Origin: Octopus sinensis
Taxonomy: Eukaryota
Reading direction: 5' to 3'
NCBI RefSeq assembly: GCF_006345805.1
Contig: NW_021826045.1
Location: 1 to 13,732, forward strand
DNA: 13,732 bases
Shown here: positions 8,568-13,732 of the stretch, in pieces
Layout of the letters: each line of letters opens with the position of its first letter
Position numbering within the stretch: position 1 is the stretch's first letter
Translations under genes and position numbers: made by a program
The notes under the pieces: generated by a model
What the model saw: the letters and a program-made list of their open reading frames with translations, nothing else
Databases searched by the model: none
What the model was told of the DNA's origin: nothing

Positions 8568-8644
8568 ACTCTCTTTTACTCTTTTACTTGTTTCAGTCAT
8601 GTGGTTGGTAAGCAAGCTACTTACCACACAGCCACTCCTGCGCC
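8568..8644 (-). mobile_element. SINE family A, internally deleted head-to-tail copy
   Basis: Minus strand GGCGCAGGAGTGGCTGTGTGGTAAGTAGCTTGCTTACCAACCAC-ATG-ACTGAAACAAGTAAAAGAGTAAAAGAG: family A head joined directly to family A tail. Confidence 0.9.
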
Positions 8645-9182
8645 TATATGTATATAAAAAAATGTTTTAATCGAACAAGAAAGCAACAGACGACAATAAA
8701 ACATCCCGACAGATAGACGATGCAAAAATGAACAGGAAAAATAATAAAAAGACGGATAGGAAAAAACAAGAACAGGTCATTCGGGTCTTCTTTCCTCAGT
8801 CAAGTTTCCAGATTATCTTTACAGTTTCGGCCGGTTACATTTGAGACTGTTCAAATTTGGCTGGCCCCAGAAATCTGAGCTAAGAGCATCAAATACTTTG
8901 GGAGAAAGCAAGCGAATGTGTACGACAATAAAGACAAAAAAAAGCGGAGAAAATGTTACACAATTACAAATGCAAGAAAATAACAACAGGTGTCTTTTGA
9001 CTAATAGAGACGAGTCAAATTGAGCTGGCGGGTGAAGAGTGAAAGCCTTGAGGCAAGAACATAGGAGATGAACAGAAGAAATGAAAGTTATCAGACAAGA
9101 ATATAAGAGCTGCATCGCGGGCGGCAGTCAAACCAGGAAAGAAAGATCATGCTTGGCCGAATACCAGTCACGTGAAAGGAAA

Positions 9183-9217
9183 TATGTATATATATATAAT
9201 ATATATATGTATGTATG

Positions 9218-9288
<71 letters not shown>

Positions 9289-9375
9289 ATATATATATAT
9301 ATATATGGGTATGTATGTATATATGTATATGCACACACATACACACACACACACAAATATATATATGCATATATA
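9183..9375. repeat. (TA)n-rich microsatellite
   Basis: Directly visible. Confidence 0.95.
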
Positions 9376-10138
9376 TGTATTTATGTTATTAAATTTGAAT
9401 AACCGGTAATAACAAATAGCCAGTATTTAGAACTCCGTGTGTATTTTTGTATATTCTTATATAGCTGATATTCTTCATTGTTAATGAAACGTGCGTAAAA
9501 TGATGCAACTAGATATTTTATAAAGAAACTAGCCTGCTTTATTTTGATATATATACATGTGTGTGTGTGCACGCACGCACACCCACATGTACATGTGTGG
9601 GTGGATGGGTAGGTGTGTGCATACTGTGTGCAGTAAAGGGCGAGTGTGCTAAGCAGTGATAAGTGAAAATGCAATGTTGATACCGGTTCGAATATGCTAA
9701 AAGCACTTTCGGACTTGTAAACAAGCCATTCACCGTGTTTTGTCATGGAGAAAATTTCTCGCTGGAGACATTAAGGCGTAAATACACCTAAATCAGCTCG
9801 CAGCGCCACCTATCCGAACTGTGAGATGCAAGCATTTCAGAGCAGTTATCTCCTGTAGGACATACATTCTGAATAAATTCATAACCTTTTATTTTTATTC
9901 TTTTATTTTCTTTTACTTGTTTCAGTCATTCGACTGCGGCCATGCTAGAGCACCGCCTTCAGTCGAGCAAATCGACTCCAGAACTTATTCTTTGTAAACC
10001 TAGTACTTATTCTATCGGTTACTTTTGCCGAACCGCAAATTACGGAGACGTATACATACCAGCATCAGTTGTCAAGCAATGGTAGGGTGACAAACACAGA
10101 CACACAAAACATATATATATATATATTATTATATATAT

Positions 10139-10201
<63 letters not shown>

Positions 10202-10331
10202 TATATATCGTATTATTTCTAAGTCTCTAAAGGAGACTTGGAGCTAATCAACGGCAGCATTTTCCCTCTATTTATGGACTGCCATATTAGCTTGGCGATA
10301 ACTATTAATATATATATATATATATATATAT

Positions 10332-10376
<45 letters not shown>

Positions 10377-10388
10377 TATATATATATA

Positions 10389-10592
10389 AAGTTAATCCAA
10401 ACAAGAAAACACAGAAAAAAGAGAGAAAAAAAACACCAACGCAGGACGTGGAACAATTAAAGTATTATTGACGCTCAGGAAAGAAGGGAAGGAGGTTTAA
10501 CGTTTCGAGCGGAGCTCTTCGTTGGAAACAAGGAGAAGGAAAGATCCCAAGAAGGGAAGACAGAGGAAAAAATATTTGAGCTGGTGGTGCTC
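10389..10592 (-). mobile_element. Probable Penelope-like terminal fragment inserted in (TA)n
   Basis: About 200-bp purine-rich island bounded by (TA)n on both sides and carrying a hammerhead-architecture motif at 10495-10529. No protein motif is visible, so the class is inferred. Confidence 0.5.
10495..10529 (-). ncRNA. Second minimal hammerhead-like motif with a mutated core
   Basis: Minus strand GTTT-CCAACGA-A-GAGC-TCC-GCTC-GAA-ACGT-T-AAAC: perfect stem I (GTTT/AAAC), perfect stem II, palindromic ACGT stem III. The core differs from CUGANGA at two positions. Confidence 0.5.
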
Positions 10593-10624
<32 letters not shown>

Positions 10625-10842
10625 GATATATATATATAACGGGCTTCTTCCAGTTTCCGTCTACCAAACCCACTCACAAGGCTTTGGTCGGCCCGAGGCT
10701 ATAGTAGAAGACACTTGCCCAAGGTGTCGCGCAATGGGACTGAACCCGGTACCATGTGGTTGGTAAGCAAGCTTCTTAACACACAGCCACTCCTGCGTTT
10801 AATTTCGCTGTGCAAATTGAAATCATGCTTACAACCAAGGAT

Positions 10843-11485
10843 CTCTCTCTCTCTTCTTCTTCTTCTTCTTCTTCTTCTCTTCTTCTTCTTCCCTCTCTCT
10901 TTTTCTCTTTCTCTTCCTCTCACGCTCTGAAGAAGAAAATTGAGAACAGTTCGTCAACATTCAACTGGTTATTGTTCTTCTTTTATGAGAGACAGAAGAC
11001 AGACAGAATAGCTGACAACTAATTATGGGAAATTTTATGAGTACTCTGCAGCAATTTTAACCATTTGCATATTTATAGATTCGTTGGCAGCAGGTTTATT
11101 GTCCGGGGATGGGGAAGGAGGGAGAGGATGATGGTGCTTGACCACTGTGTCTATTAACATAGCGAGCTAGCTCTATATTAATTGAATGCGCATTTGTGAG
11201 CATATCACGTGAGCAGATGTGTGTGCGTGCGCGTGTGCGCGTGTGTGCACGAATGTGAGAGTGCGTCTCTGTCTGTCTGTCTGCCTGTCTGCCTGTCTGC
11301 CTGTGTATACAAACACTCAATTATACTTAACTCTACTCAAGAGTTAAGTCCGACGCAACTTCTGAAATACTTGTCTACCCCTCTCTCACCTACTCTTTTT
11401 CTTCTTTGCTTTCTTTCTTTCTTTCCCTCCTTTCTTTCCTTCTTTCTTTCTTTCTTTCTTTCTCTCTCTCTCTATCTCTATCTCT
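10843..11485. repeat. Cluster of (CT)/(CTT), (TG/CG), (GTCT) and (CTTT) simple repeats
   Basis: Blocks at about 10843-10920, 11217-11305 and 11398-11485, separated by unique sequence. Confidence 0.9.
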
Positions 11486-11839
11486 CCTTCACTCTCATAC
11501 GAATTCAACCATTTTCCCTCCCACATTCCCTCATTCAGTTACCCCCCCCCAGTCAGACTTCTTTCTCTTCCCCTCTATCATTTCAACTACCCATCACCTC
11601 TTTATCTACACCCTAATCACACGCCACACACTGCCCACATCTCTACAATTACACCACCACCACCGCCAGCCACCACCACCGCTACATCTCTATTACCTCC
11701 GGTTATCTAGACCAATGTCCAATGAAGACCGACACCAATTTACTTGAACGATACGTGAGGTCAAGTGGCCAACCTCGCATGCTCCTGCATCCACTTGGTG
11801 ACCAATTATTAATGACCAACTGACCGAAATACATAATAC

Positions 11840-12516
<677 letters not shown>

Positions 12517-12683
12517 AGGCATAGGCGTTGCTGCGTGGTAAGAAGTTTGCTGCCCAACCACATGGTTCTGGGTTCAGTTCCACTGCGTTGGCACTTCGGG
12601 CAAATGTCTTCTAATATAGCCTCGGGTTGATCAGAGCCTTATAAGTGAATTTGGTAGACGGAAACGGAAAAGAAACCCGTCCT

Positions 12684-12728
<45 letters not shown>
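12517..12728 (+). mobile_element. SINE family A, 5' half only, ending in (TG)n
   Basis: GGCATAGGCGTTGCTGCGTGGTAAG...CCAACCACATGGTTCTGGGTTCAGTTCCACTGCG...TGGTAGACGGAAACGG...CCCGTC, then (TG)n at 12686-12728. No 3' half follows. Confidence 0.88.
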
Positions 12729-12732
<4 letters not shown>

Positions 12733-13732
12733 AGCAAAAGAACAAGAATGAACGGCGCAAATTTCCACAGCGTAGTTATCAATAATGCACATTGTTGCAT
12801 AATATTACGTAACTTAACATTAGTGCATAACTCCACCATTTCATCAGGGGGCATTGAGTTATTACCAGAAAAATGAAGGTACGTTGCCAAGATATGAATA
12901 ACTCACCTTAACATTTTAAGCGTTGAAACTTTTCAATGCTTATAATGATTTTCATCGCTCATCAAGTTAATCCTAGTATAGTTGCCTTTCAGTAACTCAC
13001 AATTTTGTACATGGCATTCATCCCGGAATTCCATCACGTAATCTCCGAAATTCATTCAATAAGACCCAAGTTTACCAGCGGCCAATAAGAAATCAGCTTT
13101 CAGCTTGATCGTGTCTAATGCTTTGCTCTGCGGGCATCTAAAAATCAGGCAGAAGCTCACCGGTCTGAGTAATGTCCGTGGCAGTCTTATACTAACTTAC
13201 ATATATATATATATGTGTGTATGGATGTGTGGGTGTGTGAGTGTAGTAGTGTGCGTGTATGCATATAATATTATATTGGATGAATATTTGCATCGCAGTG
13301 TAGCGATTTGTTTTCGGGCAATGGATTTAGCAGGACACTCGTCAATATGAAAAAAAAATCAAGTTTAGAGCTGCAGTAATACAATGTAGGAGCACAACTA
13401 AAATGAAAAGACATTTGGAAATAAAACCAAGTATATCAGAATAGTTTAAATTATATGCATCGAGTCATCTACGGGTGCGAATTTGTTTCAGGTAGTTGGA
13501 AGTGCATAAAAATATATGGGGAAATGATATCATCAGAGACTGGCTGTTCATTGCAAATGTGTGACGACGATGCTACTGTTCACAAATATAGGACACCTAG
13601 TACATGGAACAAAAAAAAATTTAAATATACATGGATAATCTAACCAGGAGTTGAGTCTCTCAAGAGAACGAAAGAACCTCTAAATTGTCGCTAGACCTCC
13701 TAGTAATAGCAGTGGAATCTTCATCAATTGAC

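Larger units (their letters stand above)
9887..10797 (-). mobile_element. SINE family A, full-length copy split by nested insertions in its internal (TA)n
   Basis: 5' half at 10640-10797 and 3' half at 9887-10110, both reverse-complementary to 5815-6235 and in the correct order, separated by three (TA)n blocks and two unrelated islands. Confidence 0.9.

Noticed and set aside
8770-8805. CTGAGGA...GAA on the minus strand as a third hammerhead
   Set aside because: GAAT rather than GAAA, and no stem I or II complementarity.
9081-9402. YI/IY-rich ORFs here and at 12-197 and 11703-12630
   Set aside because: Translations of (TA)n and (TATG)n arrays.
11217-11251. 35-nt alternating purine-pyrimidine tract with CG steps (Z-DNA prone)
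   Set aside because: Indistinguishable from the many TG/CA microsatellites here, with no context suggesting function.
12730-13732. Unique-looking sequence with short ORFs (13105-13350, 13455-13643)
   Set aside because: No SLC6 motif, credible exon or recognisable repeat, so it is left as unannotated intron.

Overview
Eukaryotic, AT-rich, microsatellite-dense window. The repeat landscape resembles Octopus/coleoid cephalopod DNA (inference, not verifiable here). It holds four internal + strand coding exons (1729-1951, 2809-2947, 5303-5437, 7186-7289) of an SLC6 monoamine transporter, most similar to invertebrate serotonin transporter (SERT), covering TM3 to TM6/IL3. All sites are GT-AG and splice in frame. 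The gene's 5' and 3' exons were not found in the window. The introns contain five copies or fragments of one tRNA-derived SINE, two of a second, a decayed gag-like CCHC ORF1 relic and a decayed L1/Tx1-type ORF2 relic. The most unusual object is a 385-bp insertion with a 12-bp target-site duplication that splits the ORF2 relic and combines a tRNA-like Pol III head, an (AAT)n linker, a minimal hammerhead-ribozyme-like motif and an inverted copy of its own tail. A second motif with the same hammerhead architecture lies at 10495-10529. Almost all ORFs in the supplied track are microsatellite artefacts.
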